Below, piece by piece: positions 39,104-47,900 of a stretch of DNA of 64,000 nt. The stretch covers positions 2,019 to 66,018 of the forward strand of contig JBBDKG010000010.1 of NCBI GenBank assembly GCA_040879435.1, in the 5' to 3' direction. This DNA is from Minisyncoccota bacterium. Its GTDB lineage: Bacteria; Patescibacteriota; Minisyncoccia; Phycocordibacterales; UBA918. Numbering within the stretch: the stretch's first letter is position 1; each line of letters begins with the position of its first letter. Position numbers and translations under genes: made by a program. The notes beneath the pieces were generated by a model. The model saw only the letters and a program-made list of their open reading frames with translations, was not told where the DNA came from and made no database searches.

Positions 39104-40724
39104 GGTATGAAATAAATTCTTTGACGAGTTCCGTAAATGAAGTCTCCTCAATGACCGACGAGAGGTATACGTACGGGGTCTCTGCCCGCGGCAGCGAGAA
39201 CGGTTCGTGAACGTCACCGGGAGATACAGAAGCAAAGAGGAGCAGCCCGAACGGTACAAAGGCACTTCGGGAAAAATAGATGCGGTCGATCTCAACTGCG
39301 GGTATCACACCCGCATCAAGTGACGTGGCATTCGCTGCTTCAGAGACTGCGATACTAAATATCAACAGTCCTCCACCCTCGGTAAGCCGGTCAAATCGTA
39401 GTGCAAAATCTGCAAGCGCGGCATGGTGTTCTTGTGGAATCTCTCCTGTCCCCACATATCGCAGTGCGGTCTCTATATATGCACGTGCACGATCCTCCGC
39501 TACCGCTTCGGCTGTGATTGATTCAAGGGAACGAAGCGATTCGTAGTCAGTTGTCTCTTCAAGATATCCACTCAACTGATGCTCGAGAGCATACTGACGC
39601 ACATCCCGCGTGGTAAGGGCTGCACCAATATCACGCGAAGCGGCGGCGCATGCATAGTGCGAGAACGGCGATGCCGGCACGTACGTGTACCCACGGCCAT
39701 AGAAATAGCGATAGAACGGCACCTCCAGAAAGTCTTCAACACGGATCATCCTCACATCCGACCCCTCCTGTATGAGTGGGTGTGACCGGCTAGGAGATTC
39801 AACAACAACACGCGGGTCGACCTCAGGATTCAGGCACCAACTCCGTTCGAGCGTCACGTGTATGCGTTCATGATCACGACCTGTTTCGGTATCGATCATT
39901 TGATACAACCGTCCAACGTCCTGATACGTTGTATTAGCATTGGATACGGTCTCCGTATCTGACCATACGACCGGATATCGCAGCGCTGTCGCATCACACG
40001 GGGCAAACACGTCTGTCACGCAGCGGGTAAACGAGACGACATGTTGGCCAGCCGACCTGCTGGCGCCACGCAGCAGTTGCAACGTATCAAGTGTATTTTC
40101 CTTTGTGATGCTGTGCCGTTCGGTGACAACACGGATCGTGTCGTATCGGACAAACCAGCGGTACGCAGCTTCATACAAGATCGACTCACGTTGGTACGTG
40201 GCATCAAGACGCGATGCTGCATGAAGATAATCGGTCAGATGGTCCATTGTACTCTCTTCAAGAAACAGGCGACGTGCCTTTTCCGCTGCTCCTGCAGCGC
40301 GTAGCGTATCGCTCGGAAACAATGTATGTCGGACAAGAACCTTGCCGACTATTCCCGGTTCATATTCCGATAGTCGCTCCTGCACATCCTGTAACTGATT
40401 GGCTCCTTGCTCCAGATACTCTATATCGATTCCAGGAAGTGCAATCGATGGATTCACCCGAAGAACACGTTTTGCATACGCAAGCCGTAAGATCGTCATC
40501 TGGTCAGAGCGGCTAAGCGTTGTATCCGTGACAACGACCCCGCCGCGTACCTCGTACAATCGGTTCTGATATGCCACTGTTTCATACACACCCGCATCGT
40601 GGAGCATGTATGAAAATTGCTCAATAGAGCGCTGCTGCACAGCGATACCAAGGCCCCCCACAATAACGGCAAGTACAAGGCCGGTCGCAAACGTGCGTTT
40701 CGAATTTCCAAGAAAAGGCGCCAT
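39090..40724 (-). CDS. large membrane-anchored extracytoplasmic protein L2, unknown function
   Basis: 544 aa. N-terminal anchor MAPFLGNSKRTFATGLVLAVIVGGLGIAV, then a soluble domain. Confidence 0.55.
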   Translation of the reverse strand: MAPFLGNSKRTFATGLVLAVIVGGLGIAVQQRSIEQFSYMLHDAGVYETVAYQNRLYEVRGGVVVTDTTLSRSDQMTILRLAYAKRVLRVNPSIALPGIDIEYLEQGANQLQDVQERLSEYEPGIVGKVLVRHTLFPSDTLRAAGAAEKARRLFLEESTMDHLTDYLHAASRLDATYQRESILYEAAYRWFVRYDTIRVVTERHSITKENTLDTLQLLRGASRSAGQHVVSFTRCVTDVFAPCDATALRYPVVWSDTETVSNANTTYQDVGRLYQMIDTETGRDHERIHVTLERSWCLNPEVDPRVVVESPSRSHPLIQEGSDVRMIRVEDFLEVPFYRYFYGRGYTYVPASPFSHYACAAASRDIGAALTTRDVRQYALEHQLSGYLEETTDYESLRSLESITAEAVAEDRARAYIETALRYVGTGEIPQEHHAALADFALRFDRLTEGGGLLIFSIAVSEAANATSLDAGVIPAVEIDRIYFSRSAFVPFGLLLFASVSPGDVHEPFSLPRAETPYVYLSSVIEETSFTELVKEFISYHERQ

Positions 40725-40789
40725 ATCTGTTGATCGTAAGGCCGGTATACTGGCGGCAAAAGCGACTCTGCTATACTACCCAAACCAGT

Positions 40790-41896
40790 ATGGAAAAGAA
40801 AGACGATCTGCGGCCTCGGTTCCTGACCCTCCTCGAAGACATGTTTGCCCATCCTCCGAATGCTCGTGAGGTAAAACAATATCGCTTTATGCATACATCG
40901 GGAACCACCGGTATCCCGCTCCCCGTTGTTTGTACCGGTCGGCGAGACTGCAATCCGGCATTTTTAGGGCGTGGTACACGCACGCTCATGCTCTTCGGAT
41001 CGAAACCGCTTCGTCTCGATTTTGCACGCACGTTCGCTGACCCGGATACGCCCAAAAGCGACATCATGTTCTGTTCGCTCACTACGTCAGCACAAGAAAA
41101 CGAACGCATATGGCGTGAGTGGCGTCCGGACGCGATCGCCAGTCCTCCATCAGTTCTACTGCGATTTACACGCGCTTGGCCTGAAAACGCACGCGCGCAG
41201 GTTACCAGCGTCATTCTCGCTGGAGAGTTTGTGAGTAAGGTGGTGAGTGACATTATTCACGAGAGATTCCAGCATGCACGTATTGAGAACTACTACCCAG
41301 CGACTGAGACCGGACTCATTGGTACCCAGTGCTCCTTGTGCGCATGGAATGAATTCCATCCGGTCGACGGCGTTACGTTTTCCATACACGAACCGGACGC
41401 AGACGGACGTGGCGACCTTCTGCTCAGCAAGGAAAACCCGGGTGGCATTGCTTTCACCGACTACCGTGTCGGAGATGTTGCGAGCGAATCAAATCACAAT
41501 GGACACCGCGTCATCGTACTATACGGTAGACGGGGGTTTGACTACATCAAGCTTGCTGAGGCATTGCTGGTCAGAGAGGAGTTTGATCGTGTTGCAATGG
41601 AGCTCGAGCGCTATATCGACGACTACCGTGCCGAACTCACGACCCGTATCGAAGACGGTGTACCAAAGCATCACCTCACACTCCAGGTCATCGCAACGCC
41701 TGATGCCACACGAACAGGGCAAGCCCTTGCGGATCATCTCGCTGCCGAAGTGTCGTCCCGGCTTTTTGTCACACCACACTCCACGCTCAAGGATGCTGTG
41801 GAAAACGAAATATTTGCACCGCTCACCGTCTTGCTCGTAGATACGATCACACATACGACAGCGAAACCGCAGCGTCTGATTCGTGTGGACGCTTAG
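40790..41896 (+). CDS. adenylate-forming enzyme of the PaaK/CapK/F390 synthetase family, copy 2
   Basis: Preferred start MEKKDDLRP. AMP-binding motif FMHTSGTTGIPLPVV and a YYPATETG block. About 370 aa. Confidence 0.65.
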   Translation: MEKKDDLRPRFLTLLEDMFAHPPNAREVKQYRFMHTSGTTGIPLPVVCTGRRDCNPAFLGRGTRTLMLFGSKPLRLDFARTFADPDTPKSDIMFCSLTTSAQENERIWREWRPDAIASPPSVLLRFTRAWPENARAQVTSVILAGEFVSKVVSDIIHERFQHARIENYYPATETGLIGTQCSLCAWNEFHPVDGVTFSIHEPDADGRGDLLLSKENPGGIAFTDYRVGDVASESNHNGHRVIVLYGRRGFDYIKLAEALLVREEFDRVAMELERYIDDYRAELTTRIEDGVPKHHLTLQVIATPDATRTGQALADHLAAEVSSRLFVTPHSTLKDAVENEIFAPLTVLLVDTITHTTAKPQRLIRVDA

Positions 41897-41910
41897 CTCC
41901 CTTTCATACT

Positions 41911-42660
41911 ATGGACACCCAGATACTGAATCAATTGATCGAGCAACTCTATACAAGTGAGGAGGGTGGATTGTATCGCACATTCTGGGGCAAAAGACCG
42001 GAAGACTTCTCTACGCTGCCGCTACTCACTCCAGATATTCTCGCCAGCACGTCACTCTACGACCGCACATACAGTCGCGACCAGGGGCTGGTACGGTCCG
42101 TTGCGACGCGTGGCAGTGAGTTTCTCGTAAAGCGCTCGTTCGTTGATATTGCGCACGAGCATCTACCTGTACCATCTGGTTCGCGAGCACTTGTTCTCAC
42201 CACGAATCCAGACGATGCGCTCGAGTACGCACTGTGGTGTTACGAGCATGGTTCGATCCCCTATTATGGCGACGTTGGCAATGTGGAAGTGGCAGTGTTC
42301 TGTGCCGAACACTTCCGCACAAATGTACTCATCACTGACAATGTAACCATTGCATCGCTTATTACTGATGCTCGTATACCGAGTATGATCGAGTTGGTTG
42401 TCATCATTGATCGCGTACACTCTAGTGATCAAACACCGCTTCTTGCGACTGAGCGTGTACTCTACCTGCCTGAAACTGGGTGCCTCGGTCGCATTGAATC
42501 CACCACGGACGGATTGGTGCTACTTGAAGATGGCCGCGTGTTTGCTGAAGTACTGGATGACACACTTGTGGTGACAAAAGCGAACGCGACGACCCCACTG
42601 ATCCGGTACAAAACAGAAATCGCTGCCCGGGTGGAACGCGATACAATCTATCTCGTTTAG
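41911..42660 (+). CDS. hypothetical protein, partner of adenylating enzyme copy 2
   Basis: 249 aa, 14 nt downstream of copy 2 on the same strand. No recognisable motif. Confidence 0.5.
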   Translation: MDTQILNQLIEQLYTSEEGGLYRTFWGKRPEDFSTLPLLTPDILASTSLYDRTYSRDQGLVRSVATRGSEFLVKRSFVDIAHEHLPVPSGSRALVLTTNPDDALEYALWCYEHGSIPYYGDVGNVEVAVFCAEHFRTNVLITDNVTIASLITDARIPSMIELVVIIDRVHSSDQTPLLATERVLYLPETGCLGRIESTTDGLVLLEDGRVFAEVLDDTLVVTKANATTPLIRYKTEIAARVERDTIYLV

Positions 42661-42667
42661 CTCTGTA

Positions 42668-42901
42668 TTATTCTTCGTCGTAGAAACCGCTACAGCTTAC
42701 AAACATGAGCTTATGTTGGTTCTTCTTTTCATTGATGAGATTGCACTGCTTGGTATGCTCATTCGACGCAAGTATTTTTGGCTCCTGCCGCACCAAGAGT
42801 GCTCGAAATTCGTTGTAGTGCACTATCGCAAGATACGCTACTACCGAGAGCGCTACGCCAATTACTATAAGTAGTCTTATATAGAGTGATCGTCGTATCA
42901 T
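42668..42901 (-). CDS. small membrane protein
   Basis: 77 aa, one TM helix. Low confidence. Confidence 0.3.
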   Translation of the reverse strand: MIRRSLYIRLLIVIGVALSVVAYLAIVHYNEFRALLVRQEPKILASNEHTKQCNLINEKKNQHKLMFVSCSGFYDEE

Positions 42902-42915
42902 AATGCCATTCTAAT

Positions 42916-43430
42916 CTACCGATCAAACTGCGCAAGCAGTCCTGCCCATACGTCCTTCACGTACCCAACTATCCGCTCCCAGTACGAGACGATGCGATAT
43001 TTGAACGTGTCGGTGTACCCTTCAAACAAGTATTCTCCCTTCTCCACCAACGCATCAGGACCTTTCTCCACCTCGACCTCGATGGGGTTCGCGAGAATGT
43101 ATGGGTCGTGGCGGATGCCGGTGACCTGCCAGGAGACCTTTGCAGAAGGTGGGCCGCCGGCGATGGTGAAGCGGTTGTTCTCGATCTCTTCTTTTATATG
43201 TATATCAGGGGCAGGTGCGGTGATCCCTTTCACCTGATACCGGTAGTCTGTGTTCAGTGCTTCAAAATAACGCGGTAGCGTTACAACCGCCTCTCCCTGT
43301 GCGTTCAGAGTGACAACCCCGTCATACATGTTCTTCACATCCGGTGACTCGACGAACGAGTGATACAGGAGTTTGTTCTCCGGATCGAGTGGGTGGTCGA
43401 TGACGAATGAACCAGAGCCTTTTGAGAGTG
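42916..43430 (-). repeat. copy 1 of a ~400-500-bp near-identical dispersed/tandem repeat (the shared C-terminal-domain coding segment)
   Basis: For example, the 43031-43190 block ctccaccaacgcatcagg(a/g)cctttctccacctcgacctcgatggggttcgcgagaatgtatgggtcgtggcggatgccggtgacctgccaggagacctttgcagaaggtgggccgccggcgatggtgaagcggttgtt is repeated with 0-1 mismatches at 43623 and 44425. Boundaries approximate. Confidence 0.8.
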
Positions 43431-43584
43431 CACCGATAACGGACGCTTGATCAGCGATGCTGACCGCTCCGGAGAATGTTACCTGCGCGAGCGCACGCCC
43501 CCAGGCTGGACCAAACGCAATGATGGCCAATGCCCCCACGAGGAGTACCGAATATATGCTGTTTCGTAGCAGGTGTGTGTTCAT
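42916..43584 (-). CDS. secreted protein P1 with conserved ~170-aa C-terminal domain (FVIDHPLDPENKLLYHSFVESPDVKN...) shared with P2 and P3
   Basis: 222 aa. Signal peptide, then the shared domain. The shared region is nearly identical at the nucleotide level to the two upstream genes. Confidence 0.65.
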   Translation of the reverse strand: MNTHLLRNSIYSVLLVGALAIIAFGPAWGRALAQVTFSGAVSIADQASVIGALSKGSGSFVIDHPLDPENKLLYHSFVESPDVKNMYDGVVTLNAQGEAVVTLPRYFEALNTDYRYQVKGITAPAPDIHIKEEIENNRFTIAGGPPSAKVSWQVTGIRHDPYILANPIEVEVEKGPDALVEKGEYLFEGYTDTFKYRIVSYWERIVGYVKDVWAGLLAQFDR

Positions 43585-43587
43585 ACG

Positions 43588-44060
43588 CTATTCACTATCC
43601 TCTTCATACCCCTCATGGATATATTCTCCCTGCTCCACCAACGCATCAGGGCCTTTCTCCACCTCGACCTCGATGGGGTTCGCGAGAATGTATGGGTCGT
43701 GGCGGATGCCGGTGACCTGCCAGGAGACCTTTGCAGAAGGTGGGCCGCCGGCGATGGTGAAGCGGTTGTTCTCGATCTCCTCCTTTATATACAGGTCCGG
43801 CGCCGGTTCATCGAGCGCAGTGTATTGGTATCGGTAGTCACTGTTCAGTGCTTCAAAATACTCCGGCAGATCGACCACCGCCTCCCCGTTCTCGTTAAGT
43901 GTGGTCACGCCATCATAGATGTTCTTCACATCCGGTGACTCGACGAACGAGTGATACAGAAGCTTGTTCTCCGGATCGAGTGGGTGGTCGATGACGAATG
44001 AACCAGAGCCTTTGGAGATGCTGTTCGTGACCGCAAGGTTTGAGTTCATGGTCACGCTCC
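43588..44060 (-). repeat. copy 2 of the near-identical repeat
   Basis: See copy 1. Boundaries approximate. Confidence 0.8.
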
Positions 44061-44400
44061 CGGAGAAGGTAACATCATAGGTACTCTGATAGTACGTTTG
44101 GTAATAGGATTGGTAATAGGATTGGTAGTACGCCTGATAGTACGATTGATAGTAGCTTTGATAATACGACTGGTAATACCCTTGGTAGTATCCTTGATAA
44201 TACCCCTGGTAATAGCCTTGATAGTATCCTTGGTAGTAGCCCTGATAGTAGCTTTGGTAGTAGACTTGATAGTAGCTTTGACTGTACGCACCTGCATAAG
44301 ACGCGGATGCAAACATACCGACCAGCGTACATACGCCCACGATCAGAACGGCGACCAACTGCCTACGTCCCCTTATTCTGTTACTCATTCGTATCATCAT
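43588..44400 (-). CDS. secreted protein P2: signal anchor, (YYQG/S)n tyrosine-rich repeat, then the conserved C-terminal domain
   Basis: Preferred start MMIRMSNRIRGRRQLVAVLIV, which overlaps the P3 stop in another frame. About 24 consecutive YYQx tetrapeptides, then SKGSGSFVIDHPLDPENKLLYHSFV... Confidence 0.65.
   Translation of the reverse strand: MMIRMSNRIRGRRQLVAVLIVGVCTLVGMFASASYAGAYSQSYYQVYYQSYYQGYYQGYYQGYYQGYYQGYYQGYYQSYYQSYYQSYYQAYYQSYYQSYYQTYYQSTYDVTFSGSVTMNSNLAVTNSISKGSGSFVIDHPLDPENKLLYHSFVESPDVKNIYDGVTTLNENGEAVVDLPEYFEALNSDYRYQYTALDEPAPDLYIKEEIENNRFTIAGGPPSAKVSWQVTGIRHDPYILANPIEVEVEKGPDALVEQGEYIHEGYEEDSE
44095..44290 (-). repeat. 12-nt-period tandem repeat encoding (YYQG/YYQS)n
   Basis: On the + strand, ttggtaatagga / ttggtagtacgc / ctgatagtacga ... 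units, translating on the minus strand to YYQSYYQGYYQGYYQG... Confidence 0.85.
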
Positions 44401-44870
44401 AGTACCCCTCATGGATATATTCTCCCTGCTCCACCAACGCATCAGGGCCTTTCTCCACCTCGACCTCGATGGGGTTCGCGAGAATGTATGGGTCGTGGCG
44501 GATGCCGGTGACCTGCCAGGAGACCTTTGCAGAAGGTGGGCCGCCGGCGATGGTGAAGCGGTTGTTTTCGACACCACCACGAACGTGGAGCGTTGGTCCG
44601 GGCTCACCGATCGGCGTGAGGAGGAAGCGGACGTTCTCACGATCATTCAATGCTTCAAAGTAGTCAGGTAGCGTAACCACTGCTTCCCCGTTCTCGTTAA
44701 GTGTCGCCACACCATCATAGATGTTCTTCACATCCGGTGATTCCACGAACGAGTGATACAGGAGTTTGTTCTCCGGATCGAGTGGGTGGTCGATGACGAA
44801 GGTTCCGGAGCCCTTGGAGAGCGAACCAACCACAGAGAGGTTCTGGAGGAAGTCTGCACTACCGGAGATC
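44381..44870 (-). repeat. copy 3 of the near-identical repeat
   Basis: See copy 1. Boundaries approximate. Confidence 0.8.
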
Positions 44871-44995
44871 GACACCTGTGCAAAGGTGGCGAGCGGGTGA
44901 TACAACGTCGCGAGTGCCGTTGCACACACAACACCCGCGCAAAACGCCAGAAGGCGATGTCGAGGGATACGTAGTTGTTGCAGGTTGGTGATCAT
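44381..44995 (-). CDS. secreted protein P3 with the conserved C-terminal domain
   Basis: Preferred start MITNLQQLRIPRHRLLAFCAGVV at 44995, 5 nt after the stop of the giant upstream gene. Same C-terminal domain as P1 and P2. Confidence 0.65.
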   Translation of the reverse strand: MITNLQQLRIPRHRLLAFCAGVVCATALATLYHPLATFAQVSISGSADFLQNLSVVGSLSKGSGTFVIDHPLDPENKLLYHSFVESPDVKNIYDGVATLNENGEAVVTLPDYFEALNDRENVRFLLTPIGEPGPTLHVRGGVENNRFTIAGGPPSAKVSWQVTGIRHDPYILANPIEVEVEKGPDALVEQGEYIHEGYYDDTNE

Positions 44996-44999
44996 ATCC

Positions 45000-47900
45000 T
45001 TATTTCTCCTCTTCAAGGTCGAAGTGCGGCTTTGTATCCTGATCCGGTCGGATGTTGCTCCACTCCATCCAGTCGAAGCGGTTCGCCATGAACCGAGCCG
45101 ATACCTCACCCGGCGCGGTCGCCTGGATGACGAGCGCATTGTTCTTGAAGTCCTTGGTGTAGAACACTCTACCATCAAATCCGGCAGTGAGGGTAACGGC
45201 GAGTTTCTCCCACAGAACCCCGAAGTCCGTCACCTGGTAGAAGAGCCAGAGGTCGCTCGCCTTCGCGAGATCATTCCAACTGATGCGGTACTCGTAGTAG
45301 CCCGTTTCCTCGTTCCGCTCGGTGAGTTTGATGGTCTCGGACGCCTCCTCCTTCACACCGATCGCCGAGACACCGAACGTTGCGTAGTTCACACCACCGA
45401 TGCGGTAGATCGGGTCGATGGTCGCCACGTCAAGCTTTCCGTGAATGATGACGTCCCGCTCCACAATGATGTTACCGGTACCGGTCGGAGATGACGCCGG
45501 ACAGGAGCCCCCGGAACATGTCCAGATGTTCTCATCGTTGTATCTGACGTCCCCGCCCTGTGCGTTCACAATGAGGTCGCCGGCAGAGTCCACTTGGAAG
45601 TCAGCGTAACGGGTTGCGTCGTATGAGATACGGAACTGGTCGTCGGAGACGGTATCAAACACCTGCAAGCGCTTGTTTGGTGTGGTGGTGCCGATGCCGA
45701 CGTTGCCGCCAGTATCCAGAGTGAATGCCTGTCCATCATCAGCATGGGAACCAACCCCAATGATCAGACGGTTCGAGTTCCCTCCACGATCAAGCCCGAC
45801 ATATCCTAAACCACCAGCGCTATTTCCAAACGACACTTGCGGTGCAATAGCAGTACTTGCAGTAACGATATCAAGCAGGGTTGAAGGCGTCGTCGTCCCG
45901 ATCCCCACGTTCCCCGCGCTGGTGATACGCATACGTTCAGCCAAGGTGGAGGTGCCGGTTGGGACGGTAAAGAAGCGGAGGTCGGTAGCCACTGAGGTGT
46001 TGGTGTAGTTCTCCATGGCCAAGGCCTGGATAGAGGCTCCGGTTCTCCAGGCACTGGTACCGTAGCCCTGGAAGTTAAAGTACCCGAGGTCGTCTCCAGA
46101 CTGAGTGGCAGTTGGCGTGTCGGGGTTACCGCGTGAAGCGCCGAGACTCATTTCAGGAGCGGCGGCGAAGCCACCGAGGTCGGACGAGGTCCGGTTGGTG
46201 AAGCCTGAGTAGTTGTCGCTGGTAATGTTGAGATATCCGCCGTCGTCGTATTTCAAAGTAGAGGTGGCGGTGCCAAAGGAGTTGATGCTAAAAAGTGTGT
46301 CGTATGAACCGGCGCTGTTGGTCTGGTAGATGCTGAGTTTGCTGTTTGGTGTGGTGGTGCCGATGCCGACGTTGCCGTCCGAATCAACAAACACGCCCTC
46401 ATCATCACCATCACCAGACAGAAAGTTCGACCCGAGCGCAATATTTGCTCCAGTTCCGGTGAATACAAGATTTCCGGAGATCTCATCGCCCGTGTTTAGG
46501 ACGTAGTCGTCATCGACATCGATCGTGTTGCCGGTCCACGTAAGCCCGGTACCGGCGGTGATGCGGGTGCTTGGCGTGTTGAAGAAATTGTTCCAAGCGG
46601 TGGTTGATGCAGTTGTAGAGATCTCATACCCGGACGACAACGCAACGGAGTCACCGGAAAGCTCAAGACCAGGCGCGGACACAGCAAGGTTCGAGTAGTC
46701 GCTGATGTCGACAGCATCAGCATTCCACGTACCGGTCGTGATGGTACCAACGGTCGCAAGCGACGCAGCACTTGCAAGATTCGCCAGCGTATCGATCGCA
46801 GACTCAATGGTCGCTTCGGTCGTCGCGTCGAGCGCGTCGACATTCTGGAGCGTCAGCGTGCCAGACGAGTCGCTGAACGGTACCGATGCTCCGATCTGCA
46901 ACCCGCTGTTCGGCAGGATGAGCGTGCCGGTCATCGTGTCGCCCGTGTTCTGCACGAACGCATCCTGAATGAACGCCGCAGAGAGCGTCGTCGACGCAGA
47001 GATCGTTCCGGTGTTGTCTGTGACCAACACGCCGTTCGATAGAGTGGAAATGCTCACCGCACCGCTCGATGAGACATCGAAGTAGCTGGTGCCACTTGAC
47101 GACGCCACGTTGAATATATCAGCAGACTGTCCGGCAGTACCACGCACATCGAGCGTAGTCACGGTCGTGGTCGACGAATCATTCTGAATGAACGTCGGCT
47201 GGTTGAAGTCGAACCGGTCACGGGTCGCGTCCCACGTAATGAGTGCGTTCGGTACCACGACACCACGATAGAAGATGAGACTGATCGACTCCGCATCAGC
47301 GCTCGCGTTGTCGCTGTTGATGGTGAAGTTGTTCGACTGCGTACCGGAGATCGAGGTCGAAGCAGCTGAAATGTTGTTGGCGGTGATGGTGTCGAAATAG
47401 CCGTCGTTCCAGAAGAACGCCGGTGAACCGATGTCATAGGTGGCGTTGATGGTCGGGATGAGGTCGGAACCGATGCTTGAGTTGATTACAAGCGTACTTG
47501 CAGACGACGTCCCGACCACGTATGAATCGCCGGTGACGGTGAGGTCGCCGTCGATCGATACGTCACCCGACGCTGAGATATTGCCGAAGGTGCTCGTCGC
47601 GTTCGCATCACTCGCTACAAACCTTGACGCCGTGATCACTCCGCTTGCCACACTGTCCCCGACCGTGAGGTGCGTGATACTGGTCGTCGCAAGCGTCGAC
47701 GTTCCCGTGACGGTGAGTTCACCGAATGTACCGAACGATGCAAGCAGGTTCGTAATGAAACTATTGGTCGAAGTAGCGTTCGTTGATACGAGGTTGGTAC
47801 TTGTGGAATTCGTTGCAATAAGGTCGGTCACGGTCCCGCTGGTGATCGTCGCATCCGTGATAGTCGTTGTTGCAAGCGTGGCGCTGCTGGTCACTCTCAA

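Noticed and set aside
37484-40724. Possibility that L1 and L2 (the two large membrane-anchored proteins) are one frameshifted pseudogene
   Set aside because: L2 has a clean C-terminus and stop. L1 has its own signal-anchor start (MNVSDMRNIRYTLFAVLMV) right after the L2 stop. The overlapping ORF-track extension of L1 is Arg/Ser-rich junk. Two separate genes is the simpler reading.
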